A stretch of 63,655 nt of DNA, filler included, from Atractiella rhizophila (Eukaryota): assembly GCA_021432655.1 (NCBI GenBank). It is 39 parts of 39 records of this genome, joined end to end, with 100 filler letters (N's around TTAATTAATTAA, not from the genome) between each part and the next. Parts side by side here need not be neighbours in the genome. Positions count along the whole stretch, not along the records: positions 62,172 to 63,655 come from MU272957.1; 38 more parts are not named here. One strand, written 5' to 3'. This document shows, in pieces, positions 62,072 to 63,655 of this stretch; position 1 is the stretch's first letter; the number at the start of each line of letters is the position of its first letter. Position numbers and translations under genes: made by a program. A model generated the notes under the pieces. The model searched no databases. It was not told the origin of the DNA and saw nothing but the letters and a program-made list of their open reading frames with translations.

Positions 62072-62171
62072 NNNNNNNNNNNNNNNNNNNNNNNNNNNNN
62101 NNNNNNNNNNNNNNNTTAATTAATTAANNNNNNNNNNNNNNNNNNNNNNNNNNNNNNNNNNNNNNNNNNNN

Positions 62172-63489
62172 TACCCGGCCACTCACGACGTGCCACGATG
62201 CTCAAGAGGGTGTTCAACGAGTTTAAGGAGGATAACAGAGGCAAGAAGATGTTCGACAGACCCCTCTTCGGCACAGCTCCTCCTCCAAAAGAGAACCCCA
62301 CCGCTTCATCCCCCGCCAGTGGCAAAGAGGGAGACGGCACGGGGCGCGAACAAGATCTGAAGGCGGAGGTGGAGGCGTTGAGGAGGAAGTTGGAAGAATC
62401 AGAGAAGGTCTGTCCCTCCCGTTTTACTGGCTCTTGCTGCTACGTAATGGGATGGTGGAACTGAAGTCGTGTGCTTACGGTTAGGAACGGAAAGCCCAGC
62501 GTCAGCAGGTTTACGAGCTGCAGGACGACCTACGCACCCGTGAAGCGCTCCAGGACGACTTGTCGAACGCGAACGAGTCCCTGTCCAGCGAGCTATCGAA
62601 AGCCAAGAGCGAGATTTCGAACCTTTTGGCGAATTTGGACAAGGTGCCTCCGAATTATCATGCTCTGTTGGAGAGCTGGAAGAAGCAGAAGGACTTTGTG
62701 GAACAGCTCAGGGAATGTGTGGTGTGTCCGATGTGTTATGAATACTTGAAGAAGGAGCAGTGGGCAAGTTTGCGGTGTGTTTGCTTGGTGATCTGTATGT
62801 GGGGAATGGAAATGACAGGAAGGATAGGTGCGGGCATTGCTTCTGCTTAGACTGCTTGGACAAGTACTCCGCCTCGCACAAGGTACGTCCTCCGTCCCCA
62901 TCATTGCAGCAAACGTGTTGGCTGAATCCAACCCATCGCGCAGGATCAATGGAAGAAGAACCCTAACGTACAAGGCAGCTATCCAGGGTTCGTCCATCTC
63001 CTTTACTCCTCTCAAATCCCATATAATCCTAATCGAACCATGATGTTAGGTACGACTGTCCCGAATGTCGCCTTCCCGTCTTCTCCGCCTCATCAAAAGA
63101 TTCGCCCTTCGCGGCCGGGCATCCGGGTCTGAAGAATGGGATGTGGCGAGTGTGGATCCTGGAAGAGATCGTCCGTCATCTGGAGAAGAGGGAGGAGAAA
63201 GAAGAGAAGGAAAAGGAGGATTGGGAGAAGCAGCTCCAGGGCATGTTGAAGGGACAATCGTCAGTTGGGGAGAAGAAGGAAGAGGAGAAGATGGATGTCG
63301 ATGAACCGGTCGAGAAGGATTATACCCTGTGAGCTCCTCGTCTCTCACTTACCATCGTCCTCGGCCTCGATGACTGACGCCTTGTTGGACAGGAACTTGA
63401 GTGGCCGAGAGCGACATCCGTACTCATCTTCTCCTGCCCCCTCGCCTCTTTCAACCTCTCCGTTGGATTCATCTCCACCGTTAAATTGA
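62172..63489 (+). CDS. Coiled-coil C3HC4 RING-finger protein (putative E3 ligase)
   Basis: Spliced CPMCYEY...CGHCFCLDC...CPECR preceded by a coiled coil, with the stop at 63487-63489. Confidence 0.85.
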
Positions 63490-63655
63490 GAAAGCGGGAG
63501 CAGACAGCATTAGTATTTATACCACCAATTGTAGATACGTTTAGACCCTTGTTCCTCCACCGTTTCCTCGCTGTCATCAGTGGTAGCAAATTTGTACAAC
63601 GTCAGTCAATGTACCATTTTTCAATACCACGCACTCTCATAAATTAAGCACAAGC

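Noticed and set aside
1592..62171. Regularly spaced TTAATTAATTAA repeat as a CRISPR array or biological repeat
   Set aside because: It is always flanked by exactly 44 N on each side and separates unrelated size-sorted contigs, so it is a synthetic linker.

Overview
This window is not a contiguous locus. It is 39 short contigs, sorted by decreasing length (1591 down to 1484 bp) and joined by 38 artificial 100-nt spacers (44 N + TTAATTAATTAA + 44 N). Gene neighbourhood across spacers is therefore meaningless. The DNA comes from an intron-rich basidiomycete fungus (mostly 45-60 nt GT-AG introns), probably Pucciniomycotina; that lineage call is an inference. Recognisable, mostly partial genes include a CE5 acetylxylan esterase/cutinase, YRA1, an ECM14-like carboxypeptidase, COG3, a WBP2-like protein, NIC96, SEC66, a Sid1/MST-like Ste20 kinase and urease. 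Others are a SAM methyltransferase, PEX39, eIF5B, SCS7, an amidase, MOB2 (complete), POL3, POL2, a 4CL-like acyl-CoA ligase, an MFS sugar porter, a P450, a RING protein, F-box/LRR proteins and DUF6533/6534 membrane proteins. Mobile DNA includes a complete non-autonomous hAT element with TIRs and an 8-bp TSD, three nested Ty1/copia pieces, and decayed Helitron and KDZ transposases. The most interesting unexplained signals are base-paired RNA-like structures in abnormally long introns of three regulatory genes. These are YRA1, MOB2, and the Ste20 kinase, where a ~276-nt TATA-preceded, oligo-T-terminated structured element lies in the inferred long intron. All family calls rest on motif recognition by eye; no database search or folding program was run.
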